Assembly: GCA_002633005.1 (NCBI GenBank)
Contig: NMRA01000453.1
Location: forward strand, 298,116 to 362,115
Length of the DNA stretch: 64,000 bases
DNA from: Phoronis australis
Taxonomy: Eukaryota; Animalia; Phoronida
Direction of reading: 5' to 3'
Shown: positions 48,450-62,300 of the stretch, piece after piece
Layout: each line of letters opens with the position of its first letter
Numbering within the stretch: position 1 is the stretch's first letter
Program-made: the position numbers and the translations under genes
Notes under the pieces: generated by a model
Database searches by the model: none
Told to the model about the DNA's origin: nothing
What the model saw: only the letters and a program-made list of their open reading frames with translations

Positions 48450-49020
48450 AAAAGCAGAGCTATTTTTGTCAAATAATGCTTTTACTCAAAACCAATTGAA
48501 AATCAAACAAAATGAAAAGAAAGTGAATCTATAAATTAAGGTTTAGCAACTATTATAGCTTACTACACATTTTATCATGTTAAGCTTCGACCGAGAAAAT
48601 ACTGCTAAAGTAAGTTACCACTGGTAACAGAGTATAATGCTCAAGTTGAAGGATCCCGACGACACATTACCCGCATTCAAATTGAAGATCGGTGATTTAC
48701 AAGTGAGAGAAAATGAGAGATAAATTTCACTGAATTAAAATATCGTTTTTATGGAACTTATGCGTCTTATTTTTCATAGCGTGTAAATGTCGGTACAATG
48801 CCCTTTGTTGAACATGCGATTGTTGCGCGTGCTCATTTAAGTATTCTATTTTCACGTTCGATGACGTCAGCCGCTGAGTGGTGCAGTGGTAAAGTCGACG
48901 ACTTGAAACTCATGTGGACCGGGTTCGAAACCGGTCTCGATTCCCGCCAAAATGTTACCTCACTAGTGAGATAACTAAATGGGTTATTACACGGTTGTAT
49001 TGACCATTCGAGGCTGATAT
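48450..49020. repeat. Additional copy of one arm of the 30590-32037 foldback element
   Basis: Shares AGTATTCTATTTTCACGTTCGATGACGTCAGC and ACAAGTGAGAGAAA with 31000-31500. Confidence 0.8.
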
Positions 49021-51589
49021 TGAGGTATAAATTTATTTATCAGATTCCACTCTTCATGAGATGCAAGAATTTCGAGGCACAGTATTTCAAACATTCACTT
49101 CGTGAAAAAAGCTGAAACTAAGCATTCTGACACTCAGTAACAATAGTCCATATTTTGCATTTGAAAACGTGTTTAGGTGGAGTTATCCCTGGAACTGATA
49201 CTAGTCGCTACTAATTCTCAAACACGGAGTAACTAATTGCTGCATACATACACATATACATGAAGCCCAATTACTTTGTGGGACATAATTGCTACATGTA
49301 TTGTCATCCCCAGTATCTGCTACTCCCCGGCACCGGGAGCCGTAACGATCATAAAGTATAACACTCAATAACAAATTTTGCCAACCAAATTTCACTTGAC
49401 CTGAATTGCATCAATCTGAGGCCAATCAGATAGAATAAAAAAATACACAAAAAAACATTACGTGAGACAAGCAATGAAACCTACATTGTAGCTGGAACCA
49501 ACATTGAAATTACCTTGCATGCAATTGCTACATGACAAATCGCAGAACGTATAACACAACCCAAATTACAAAGTACACACAATTTTCAACATAAACATTT
49601 ATTTTGAGAGTACATAAAACTGTGTCTGATTCATTCCTAGCCAAAACTTTTGGGGCCGATTTACATGTCCTGTGGTACATCTATCTGGGCTCCAATAAAA
49701 AGTGTGGGTGATTTTCTAAAACGGAACTGAGTCTAACAATAGCATTTCATTTCTAAATCAGGATCAAAATAAACAAACAGGATTGAATTATACAGTTGAA
49801 TTCAATTTTCAAAGTAAGGATTGATTTTTCTTTTAAATTTATTTTATATAGTGTTGAATTTATGAAACAGCATTGAATTTCCTAAATGGTACAAACGTAT
49901 GCCTCCATACACCCCATCTCTTGAACTACTTGTTTTGGTTATGCAATTGAAACTGAAAAATCACCCAGTCACATTTAATTCCATTTGAATCCTCGGACTT
50001 GAAATTGGTACACATTACTTACACTGTATCATTTACAATTACAAACAACCAGGCTTTTTAATTGACATTTGCCCAAAGGTAGCTAAGACCTTAAAGCCTA
50101 TCTTGAACTGTAACACCTGTAAATTTGGTTCCTGCAGTATGTTAAGAGCACTGCTCTGAGCCCATTAGTGCAATAAATTGCCAATTGTAACGAACTGTTT
50201 TGTATTGGCTTGTTTTTGTCTACGTCACGGCGGAAATCACCTTTTAATCAACCAGCTGCGAATAACACCAGCACACAGTGGTGTTCTGTGCAGACCCCCA
50301 TTCAATACAACTGTTATCGGCCTGTTGTTTGTTTGTGCTGGGATCTCGCGGTTGCACAACTTAACACGAAAAAGGCAGCTTCACTTATCATTTGAGGGGC
50401 TTATATTTGCGCGATAGAAATCGAGTTTTCTTATTTTACTAAGGCTTTGCTAGGACTATCTGGTCAGCCCAATACATCTAAAATAACAAAATTTCATTGA
50501 AGTGAGGCTTTAACCACTGTTGCCTCTTTAGAAATGTAAATGGTTGGACAATGCTGCTACTGTATAGCTGACGACAGATACCTGTTGCCGGTTGCATAAA
50601 ACAATTCGAAATAGGGATTCAACTAAGGTCCCTAAGTGTTTTTGCGTATTTGTGTCTTTCTTGACACAATATTTTTCTACCGTTTCATCTTTATTATGAG
50701 CTCCTCTTTGATTAATGACATTTTCTAATAATATTTATTACTAAAAACTGACCGCAGAGTTCATTGACAATAAACAGGGACTCGGTCCTTAAATTGGGGG
50801 TGTTGCATGAAATGATCCCTAATTATTTTCGGAAACATTGACAATTCAGCGTAGAGTTCACTCTAGATTTGTATCAAAGTCAAAAGTTGACTTAGTAAAG
50901 AAACTAAAACAATACAAGAAAGGGTAATCGATGTTGTCACAAGTCCAAAAATACACAGTAGATTTAGGGAGCTTGGTTGAGCCCATATTTGGTACTGTTT
51001 CATGAACCCGGACACTGGCCCACTTAATAACGAGATATATCATATCCCATTCCCAACAGTGCTCTGTTGTGTAAAAGGAAACGGAGCCACAGACAGAGGT
51101 AAAAGTTTCATACCTCCACCCAAGGACAAAGATATCTTTTATCCCTAAAATAGAGGACTTTTCATATTAGCGCTCTCTGAAGTACATGTATAAAAGAGAG
51201 TAAGAAAATTACTTACGTTTGGTCCCGACTCAGATTTGATGGACAGAAAGTCACAACTAATGGTCCATTTATTTAAAGACATTCAATCTCAACCCCTCCC
51301 ATTGTCTGATTAGGTTAACTTTTTAATTTTTTTTAGCGCATTGACATCGGCTGGGATGATATTCTCCCGCTTTATCATGCGAGGCATCAACTATGAAACT
51401 GCGGATTTTCCTTTGCAGTGGGAAATGAATGGGAATGATATCTTTCACCCATAGATATTCTAACAGGTTTTCGTTTTTTCATGTATACCACTGCATATCA
51501 GTGATAATTTGCCCGCCTTTTGAAAGGTTTTGTTAAAACGCTGTTTGTAGTAGTAGGTTGAAATATCCCGTCCCCATAACATGGGATCT

Positions 51590-52835
51590 GTAGGTCCCTG
51601 AATGCCTATCCATCAAAGGCAGGATCGCCATGAGGCCATCAGCTCGCAAGATTGCCTAAATTGGTAAATTAGCAACATTACAATCGCAGAGTAGCATGGT
51701 TTCCGCTACCCTTCAGATTAGCAAGAATAGCGTTGATACGGTCGCAGATTAGCGACCCAGACATCAGTCTAATAAGCGCCACCTTACGTGTATGGGGATG
51801 CAAGCCATGCACAAAGTGATGTAATGTTTTCACTATACAACTGAAGAATAGCTAATGTGGATAGTCGCTAGAATCGCAATAGCAGCCAGTCAGAATAGCC
51901 TGTCTTGATGTACATGTAGGTCAAGGAAAGCTGATTAGCGTAATTGTATCTCATTAATTATGATCAGCGATTCTTCACCATTAGAACACTACGGGGCGCT
52001 ATATACACAGAATAACAGGCTTCCCTTGCGATTCTAGCATTTGTGCATATTAGCTTTCACTGGAAGCTTCCAATCATATGTTAACAGCCAATCAACGATT
52101 CTTCACCGTTGGAACCACTTGGGATCGCAAACTTACACGGAATAATGGGCTAATATGTGGAAGAATCGCAAGTGGAGCCCGTCAGAGTAGTCTGTTATTC
52201 CTGTAAGGGTTGCCGCTAGTGCTCCCAAGAAGAAACATTGCTGATTAGCTGCTAATATTCATGCGATTGGGAGCTTTTAATCGATGCTTATATGCGGAGT
52301 CGCTACAATCGCTGGAATCGCAAGAGTAGCCCCGTCAAAATAGCTTTTCATTCCGTGTAAATAACGCCCCCATTGCTCTAAAGTTGAGGAATCACTGATT
52401 AGCCTCTAATATGCGATTTAGAGCTATCAATTGATGCTAATATCCAGAATGGCTGCAATTGCAAGTGAAGCCCGTCAGAAGGGCCCTTCATTCCGTATAA
52501 GTAGCGTCCCCTAGCGGTGTAATGATTTCATAAAGCTCAAGAATCGCTGATTAACTCAATCTCATCTTAGCAGCTATAGTCAGCGATTCTCCGTCATTAG
52601 AACACTAGGGGCGCCATACACACGGAATAATAGGCTGATAACTCAATCGCATCTTTGCAGCTATAATCAGAGATTCTTCACCGTTAGAACACTTGGGGCG
52701 CTACATACATCTACGTGTAATAACAGGTTGCCTTTGCCATTCTAGTATTTCTGCATATTAACATCAGTTGAAAGATTTTAATCACATACATCATGTACGT
52801 GTATTAGCCGCTAATCAGCGACCCTTCACCGATAA
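51590..52835. repeat. Degenerate array of ~120-bp units in both orientations
   Basis: Recurrent GATTCTTCACCGTTAGAACACT.GGGGCGC..ACACGGAATAA.AGGCT, with its reverse complement at about 52160-52555. Confidence 0.7.
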
Positions 52836-53039
52836 AACCGCTACACATTGAATCGTCCCGGAGCCTTCTATTATAATATAGGGCCACGCTATTTGGCTCC
52901 TTCGGGCGGGGCACCTCTATTAATATAAGGTGGTCAAAGGACAAAACCCGCGGACACGGCATGAATTCCTTGGCAAATAAACACACATTTTCATTGCATG
53001 GCTGTTTTAGATGGTTTCATGAATTCGGCATTTCGATAT

Positions 53040-53378
53040 TCATAGTTCATACGATGGAGTGTATGTGAAGATGTATATTGCCATAGCAGCTGTTATAAAT
53101 ATGAACACGTAAAAAAACAACTGATCCATTACTATACCAATCAGCTGCCATTCCTCAGAAATTACTGCCTCATCTTCTTTCTTTTTAGACATTGCTTGCA
53201 GGTAAGAAACCGTAAGCATTATTTGTTTTAGGTAATATTCGGCCAATGAAGACTTTCGATCGATGTCTTCGACTTGCATGTCGATACTTTCAAATCCGAT
53301 AGCTTCAATGGGGTCGTTTATGTGGGTTTCTTTTCCCGGGGCCACCCTTAATGTTTTCAGAAGCTCAAGTGGATGTAC
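53040..53378 (-). CDS. nAChR copy B exon 8
   Basis: ..[39 protein letters not shown]. Confidence 0.92.
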   Translation of the reverse strand, partial: VHPLELLKTLRVAPGKETHINDPIEAIGFESIDMQVEDIDRKSSLAEYYLKQIMLTVSYLQAMSKKKEDEAVISEEWQLIGIVMDQLFFYVFIFITAAMAIYIFTYTPSYEL

Positions 53379-56300
53379 CTGAAAAAACAACGATGCACAA
53401 TTTTTAATTCGATGTAAACGTGCGCAAATATAACGAACACGCCTGCTTTTAATTTATTGAACTTTCAAAGGCCTCCCACGCGTAACTGTAGACTACTTCA
53501 AGATACGATAATACCGACACAGTGTGGTTCCAGTAATACCTGATTTTAAAGTCTAATCCAAACTACGTTAATTATGTAAATCAGTAAATCGAGTCAGACA
53601 GCCCTCCAAAAGTGCAAAGCAATCTGGCATTTCAAGAAACTCATCATTAGAAGCGCCTCGGAAATGTGTAGAAAGTAATTCCTTCTCACGGCGTACCGTT
53701 GTCTCATTTTACTTCCATTGTACCTGTCTTTACCCCAGATGGTTTAAAATGGATTCCGTTAACGAACAAAATACATGGTACACAAAACGAACCGAGAGTG
53801 GCGTAGATATATAGGTTATCCAACATGCATTGGAATACTAGAATTCATTTCATCTGGGAATGTCCCAGTGAGACCCAAGATTTATCATGGCTGATATTGT
53901 TAGCCGGAGACGCTATTTCGCTTGACCTATTTATGATGACCCACACTGAAACTTCAGCGAGGCCCAAAAATAGCCGCCTGATCACCATGCGTCGGTATTT
54001 TCATCGATAAATCATAATATGCTTTTAGAGCAGTAAAATTGCCTTATCAGTAACAACGCCTTGTATCATTACTTTAGGTAATCCAAATGATAGAGCCCAA
54101 TTAAATTTGGCGTTGCACACGCAAATTTATGCCACCGGCAGACTGCACACCTACCGCGAATAGTGGTTTCTACCAAGGTATACGAATTGGCTCTACTCTC
54201 TCGTATTTCACAGTTCATAACGTGACGTATACAACATCCATATTTTCACATATATGTGATAAGAAGTAATATCCCACGAGACATTACTCCACCTTCGGTC
54301 TCGGTCGATACGCGAAATAATGTCTTGTGGGATGTTACTTCATCTACGCCAATCGAGGTAGGTTGACGTATTTATCCCATGCAAATCGAATTCCTAAGTT
54401 TCTTTCATTTTTTTCGGCCGATTTTTTAATACTTCACCCAGACTGTTCACGTGGCGGATCACATCCCATATATATATATTGCACGTTAGGTTACAAGTTT
54501 TCTCTAGTGAAATAAACAGTTTTAAGTGTAACGGTTTCTTACTTGAAAAGAGATAACAAAGATGAAGGCAACGGTAATTAAGCATTGAACTTGTTAAATT
54601 TCCTAATAGTTAAACATCAACAATATTTGATATTGTAGTTACGGAGGAATCTGAGACAGAAGTGTCATACAATTAACAGTTTTGTACCAGATGTTACGTT
54701 AGACACCAGATTGCATGTCGAGTGTTGTTTATACTGCTCAACTTGTATTACTTTAAACTATATTCGAAAAGTTTAATGATCGAACCGGCTAACGACGTCG
54801 AGTCGACATCGACCTACTCTTTAAACTTTTCATGTCTGAGGGCACTCTTGAAGTAGTGTTATTCTTTTGATGAAAAATAAATGTGATGATCGTAAGGTAT
54901 CGTATAGGCCAGACGTCGTTATTAGCATTTCCAATCATTATCTCAAAGGAAGGCAACGTGTGATATTGATTTAATGAGAAGGATGTGGTACATGCATGTA
55001 ACGGTAACCACTACCACTTGAACGTAATGTAATCACAGGACTGGATACCCGAATCCCTCACTGCTGGTTTACTTTTATATTTTTTTGTAATTGAGGAATA
55101 TGAAGTGTTCCTTTTGACCCTCCAGTATTATGATCCATTCTTGACTGCCATATTTCAAGTCAATTGTTTAAAATCAACAATTCTTTGCCCATTCAAATGT
55201 ACTTACTCCATATGCCCTTACGTATAACTTACTTTTGATTTTTTTCTTCCTTTATGACAAGCTAGTGTTTGTCTAACCAGATCTTTCTTGCAGGTGATTG
55301 TAGCCACCCAATCAAGTGCGATTTTCCTCAGCCAAGAGGGTATTCTTCTACCGTGAGAGCCGCCGTGATGTGTTGCCAAAATAAGCACGGAGAAGACCGT
55401 AGATAATACCACGAGGACGATTGAAGCAGCAAAGAATTTTCCTAAAAAACATCCATCCAGTTGTAACGCAATATGAATGTATACATTTGAGTAAATGAAA
55501 TAGCACACTTGATAAAGCAGCAGAGGACAATTCTCAACAAGAGCAAAATAAAGCACTGAAATGAGGTAACATTTTTGTCAATAGTTGGAATTATACTTTG
55601 CTATTTTAACGTTCTCAGTAGTGACAGACCAGTCCCATTGATCATGTCCAGTTAAACATAAAAACGACTAAGTAAAAAGTGACCGGAATGGTATTTTGAA
55701 ATTCTTTCTTCTTTATAAAACTGACATCCAATGAGACGGTTCCACAACGAATACGTGTATCTGATGTTATATTCGGCTTGATAATAAAACAAGTCGAAAT
55801 GTTGTAGTAAACTTGGGAGACGAAATGACCCAGAGCTGAACACCAAACAACAGGTGAAAACGATCCAGTTGAACACTGCCGATATCACCGGCAGAGTTTT
55901 CCCTAAACCAACGAAGGAAAACATCCGGGGTGTTCTTGTAAAAGACACGACTGGTATACGTATTTCACCAGTCTAACTTCCCATCTCAGACTGTGAAAAC
56001 TGCAACATGTCCCTATTCCACAGTATTATCAGAATTGCCTTAACAGGTGATGCATGAAGAGCAGAGCTTGCTATGTCAACAGAACAACGTCATTCCATCG
56101 CACGAATAGAGGTTAGTTCACTCATTACTTTTCTCAAGAAAATCGGTACGTCACAGTCTGGGCGTTCTTTGTATGAATGGAAGGCATAAAGACCACGCTT
56201 TATACAGCCGTGAAAACAGCTGCTTTATTTGACTGAGCCGGAACAACTAATGCGTTCACATATGTAAACTCACAAACTTTTTTATCTGGTGTCATGCTGT

Positions 56301-59300
56301 GGAACAATCTCGAAACTGACCTCCGTCAAAGCAATGTATTAATATTTTCAAGTCGAGGTACTTTGTTAGTATCTAATAATTCTAAGATCTTAAACTGTTT
56401 ACATGTACTATTCTTTTACCCATTTGTGTCAAGATTCTTTTTAACGCTTTATCTGTCTAAGTTAAATCCTCTAGTCAACTATTTTTAACATGATTTTTAT
56501 CATTTCTTTAAAACTATTACTGCTGCCAGGGGCGGATCCAGAATTTTGAGTTGGGGGGAAGGGTCCAGGACAGAGTATTGGCTAGGATTTTGGCCGTCAG
56601 ACATTCGCATCGTCGAGCCGCCAATTGTAATCTGGGAGAATTTTAGGGGGGCCATGGCCCCCTTGGCCTCCCTCTAAGTACGCCATTGGTTGCAAATACA
56701 ACTGCCACTGCCACTGCCACTGCAACTACTACTGCTGCTACTACTATTCAATCAGTTGCTGTTGCCACTGCTGCTATTACTGCTGCTACTGCTGCTGCTG
56801 CTGCTACTGCTTCTGCTACTGCTGCTGCTGCTATTACTGCTACAGCTAATGCAGCTGCTACTGCTACTGCTGCTGCTACTGCTACTGCTACTCAATCAGC
56901 TGCTGTTGGTACTGCTGCTATTACTGCTTCTGCTGCTGCTTCTACTGCTACATACTGCTACTGCCAGTGCTACTAACTGCCCGATTGTCAACGCAAGGGA
57001 TAGGGAAGGTTGACAAATTTTATACAGTGTAACACTTTATTTAAAGGAGAATGCCATCCGATATAATTAGTCTTTTTTACCGTCTTAATTGGTCTTTATC
57101 CACATTGCCTCCTATACAGTCGACCTCACCTTGCCGAGAGGTGTCGCGTTAACCTGTGAGGAAGGTGAGAAACGACACAGCGACGTCAGTGGTTCGTCTG
57201 CAGAGTGAATGCCGCTATATTGCGGTGCATCGTTCCCGCTTGTCCGATTTATGAAGCTGTGAAAAAACGGGTATATCATTTTTTGGACTTCCTCGAGAGC
57301 CCAAAATGCTTAAGAAGTGGCTCGCGGTAGTGAAGAAATAAAGGTACACTGTTAATAGCACTTATCTCCGTGTCTGTGGCCGGCATTTCGAGGAGAGTGA
57401 CTTTTGTGACGAATTCCGTCTTACCNNNNNNNNNNNNNNNNNNNNNNNNNNNNNNNNNNNNNNNNNNNNNNNNNNNNNNNNNNNNNNNNNNNNNNNNNNN
57501 NNNNNNNNNNNNNNNNNNNNNNNNNNNNNNNNNNNNNNNNNNNNNNNNNNNNNNNNNNNNNNNNNNNNNNNNNNNNNNNNNNNNNNNNNNNNNNNNNNNN
57601 NNNNNNNNNNNNNNNNNNNNNNNNNNNNNNNNNNNNNNNNNNNNNNNNNNNNNNNNNNNNNNNNNNNNNNNNNNNNNNNNNNNNNNNNNNNNNNNNNNNN
57701 NNNNNNNNNNNNNNNNNNNNNNNNNNNNNNNNNNNNNNNNNNNNNNNNNNNNNNNNNNNNNNNNNNNNNNNNNNNNNNNNNNNNNNNNNNNNNNNNNNNN
57801 NNNNNNNNNNNNNNNNNNNNNNNNNNNNNNNNNNNNNNNNNNNNNNNNNNNNNNNNNNNNNNNNNNNNNNNNNNNNNNNNNNNNNNNNNNNNNNNNNNNN
57901 NNNNNNNNNNNNNNNNNNNNNNNNNNNNNNNNNNNNNNNNNNNNNNNNNNNNNNNNCTAGATCCCATTAACTGTATTCGTGAGAGGTGAATTGGCGATGG
58001 AATTTCCAAAACAATCTCAAAACTCTGAATTCAAGGACATGAAATAGTAAACATGGCGGATTTCAGTTGTGCTTCAACTTGTACGCCTGTCGTAGGTGAA
58101 ACTTTGAGTTTGAGCAAGCAACCTATATTTCAAATTCAATAATTCTAATCCAAAACTCAACTAATTGAGAATGTTAAAGTTAGTATTTTAATGATTAATT
58201 TGTAACTTTATTCCACTGACGGCTCATTTTAGCCCTTAACTTACAATTTCATTACATAAACTGGCGTATCTTGTTTCTCATCTTGACATCACGCACTTTT
58301 TTGATTGAAGCACAACACACACTCGGCCAGGAAACGCAGTCCGTGCAAGTATTACAATGCGCGTGACCGACGAGTTAACTCAATGGGTTTGGCCAAAAGT
58401 AAAATCTTCATAAGAAATCACAGTACACAAAAAACTTCGCATATCAATACAGTATCAGGATAATTCATATTTGACACAAATATGTGAGTAATTACATTTA
58501 TTTGGCAATAAAGTGCTCTCTGCTTCTCATGATCAAGTAGTCGATGGATTGACGGCGAAAGCCGCGCGAAATTAAAACTTTCGGATTTAGCTCGGGAGCG
58601 TCCATCATGTGCGAAGACCGTCTGCCATGACATCACGGAATCACTTCCTTGAATTTGTGATTTTGGCATTCTTTTGTCATTTTCGTCGCCAAATCACCAC
58701 TTGAAGGGAATTTGAAGAGATCGAATGAAAGAAAGTATTATAAGAGTTGTTCGGTGCTAGTTTCGTGGAGTTCCATGCACATTTGAGTAGAAAATTCTGA
58801 ACAAACAGATTTTGAGTGTCCAACCTTTATGTTTTCTTATAAATATTATTGAGTGACGTCATTTGCGATAAAGCCAAGCGCCTGTGGTCTTACCAAAGAA
58901 CTATCCATACGTACCGTTGCCTGTGCATTTTCACGGCGCCTCTCTAGTATTTCTTGATCAGTGTATTCCGGTTAGAACTGATAGTCTGTGGAACCTATCG
59001 ATCCAACCCGTGAAGTCTTCGTCGGATGAGCTCTTGACTATTCGGAATTGGCGCCGGTTGAGTTGTCATGTAGAAGTTTATTATTCTGCGTTCTGTTCCA
59101 AAATGAATTATTCTCATCCTAACCAATGCTTATATGAAATTGAAACAAAGTCTGTCTCATTAGATACAACTTGTAATGCCTTTGCAGTATTCGTAAGTGC
59201 AAATGTTGAGAAGCCAGCAATGCATCAACCACTGCGTTACCGGCTTTAGAAACCGGCAACAAAGGTACACTGTAATTGACCGGGCACCGAGGCCGTGTGA

Positions 59301-62300
59301 GCGCATGCTAATTCGTTGTTTGCTTACAGAAAGCTATTGTGAAACAATTACTCGATTTTATATGCTATGGTCACATGTTAGGGGAATCTTTATTTAGAAT
59401 TACAAATATTTATTCAAATCATTGTTATACAACCTTTACCCTGACGGTCTGTGAAAAGGGAACCCGACTTCGCGGCACCCGACAAGTAAGTAGATTTTCA
59501 GTTTTGTGGCTAATTGACATAAATAATTACGTGCACATTATTTCTTTTGATCACTATTATAGCCTTTTCGTGACCGGAGGTTTAGTTTCCAACTCAAGTT
59601 GATTTATGTTCGTGCCAGTCCCGGCGGCCGCGACGGGCCTGATCGGGTTCCGAGCCACTGCCGGGATAACATGCGTTTTGTGTGTTTAGAACTAAAAAAT
59701 CACAAACATAAACAACACAGATCTAGGTTCTCCTGTCTGTATGTCACGGAGGAATACTTCGAATTTATCTCCGAACAGACCCCAAACTCCTGCTACGGAC
59801 CTTGGTAAATTGGCCTGCCAAACTTTGTAGGCTACGGTATGACCAAACATCAATAAATCCGTAACAGCGAAATACAAAAACACGTTTTTATAAGAACTCG
59901 GTGTATTTTTAAGGGTTTTACATCGAAGTTTGCTGATTTATTGGTGTTAAACGATGAACTCAAGCGATAACCTGACACCAGTAACCCGTGTTGTGAACTG
60001 CTGAACAAACTGCGTGTGAAACCAATGTCGTCATTGGATAATTTTAATACCTCCGTCTGCCGTCAGGTGTCAGGTAACGCAACCGGACGTGCCGTTATCG
60101 AGTAGAACTACTCGATCTAAATTGATACAAAAAGGTTGTTTTTTTGGGTGGCATTCTCCTTTAACTCCGTTCGAATTTCTCGAGATCTCACGTAAATCTA
60201 GCAAATGCTTATTGCTGATCACCCAAACGCGAAACCAACTGAAAACAAATAATATTACTGTACGGCCGTGCACGCTAGCTGGCTAATATGAACACCAGTC
60301 CTCTTCAAAAGGCCTTGCACCTGCCAATTGGTACAATATCGACATCTTCAAAAACGTACTCATCCTTAACGCCTTACGAATCAGTGTTAATTGTGGAAGA
60401 GGCCAACACCGGCTTGCTAAAACTTCAAAATATGTGGTACCTGACCTGGTAAACTATTCAGAATCGCCCATTTGTTGACTCCCAGGCAACTTTGTCTACC
60501 GGAAAGATGCGCTGCAGAAGAAGATGGTGAGCTGTTCATAGTCCAGGATACCCATGACCTCATCCTGTTCACATGAATTCTCAGTCATTCACCACAGACA
60601 TCCTCTTTCGCTAGCATTGACCTGCATACACCAACAGCGTATGGTACGCTAAGCCGTGGTCAAAATTTACACAGAAACTAAGTGAGATTTTACATGTAGC
60701 TTTATAACAGTTACGGCTGCAGGGAAAGCACTACGTTCATGTATTTAATGTAAAAAACTTTTTCACATTACCAATCAAAGGAACTGCAGTTGAATTTGGA
60801 GGCATCGTCTTCGCCACTAGCAGCAGGAACACCGTCAATGAGAGCATGCACGTGACTAGCAGTGATACTTTCTCTCCTGAGTCTGGTGGAAGGAGAAACC
60901 CCATGGCGGCAGTAGCGATGATCACAACACACGGTAGCAGTAAGTTGAATATATAGAACAGCGGACGTCTCCGCATGATAATCGAGAAGGTCAGTGTTGC
61001 GTATGGCTCAGGGCAACAACCATACAATTTCACTTCCCTACAAAACAGAGCAAATGCATCATTATATCAATTTTTAAATCTTGGTGTCTATCATCTCTTG
61101 TTTTCCTATATGTACCTGTAGCTGACAAGTAAACATTATGCTTCGTTCGATTGTCTTAAAATTAGCACTCAACATGTGCCTTCTATCCCAAGTATGGTGA
61201 CATTTTATTCGGACAAGGCTCAAATTAGTGCTGTGACGGTCATTTGGAAACATCTGTTTATAGTGTAGAATAATAATTCGACGTCCTTAGACGGATCTTT
61301 TCGAGTCACTTCGTATTTTTCGATGATTTTTTTCTTGTCGACTGGCCCCCGTAATTGTATAGATATATAATTCTTTATCAGTTTCGTCATGGATGTTTGA
61401 TGATGATCGTTATGATGCCGTCAACAGTGTTGGTTGAGGCAACGTCTTCTTTGCCAATATTGTGGTTGGTGTTGGCGAAATTATCGGCGTTGTGGTCAGT
61501 GCCATCGGTGATGTCGTGGTCTTTGAGGTCGCGTTATGCAACGCCATTGGTGCTACTGCCGTTGACGTGTAAGATTTTGCTGCTTCTGTCATCAAACTTT
61601 CCTATTCGGTCGATTTCGTCATGTGTCGCTCTTTCAAAGCGCTTTGATTTGCGAACCTGACAAGTACATGGCTAGTTTTAGGTCCAGACATCGTGCGTAG
61701 AATACCACGCTTCATTTGTTGGGATAGGAGTGCAGTCTAATTTAACTTATTTGTCGGTTGATTCGTGTACATTAACGTTGTCCCTTACCTCTCTACAGGC
61801 ACGCCATGAACGGACCATTCTCCGTTATTTTTGAAAGAGCTAATGTCCCCCGACGCCGACCGATTTTGGATGTCTAACTGGAGTCCATGCTGTGTCCATG
61901 AGCCCATTGTAAGGTTACAGGTTTGCTGGTCGTAGGGGAATTCGTCTATGTTCAGATTACAAGCGCTAGTAAAGGGTACAGGCGCTAGCCACGCTATGGA
62001 TCCGTCAGGATGCACCGATACGCTGTAGCCAAGCATTGGTGTCGTTCCAATTTGTCCAACGCTGTCAAGTAAATGTGATAAAAGACATTGCAATATTTCG
62101 AAAACACTATCAGACAAATGGATAGTATGAAGCAACAAAATAGCAATATTTTTCGGTTGGGAATCGATTGGTTATTACGCAGATGTGTTGTACTACACAT
62201 GCAGCTAGCTAAGTGTTTTTAACTCAACGTCGAAATACTTTTACAGCTTATTACCAAATTTTCGTCTATTTTCTAACGGTGCACCCAGAGGTTAAAAGTG

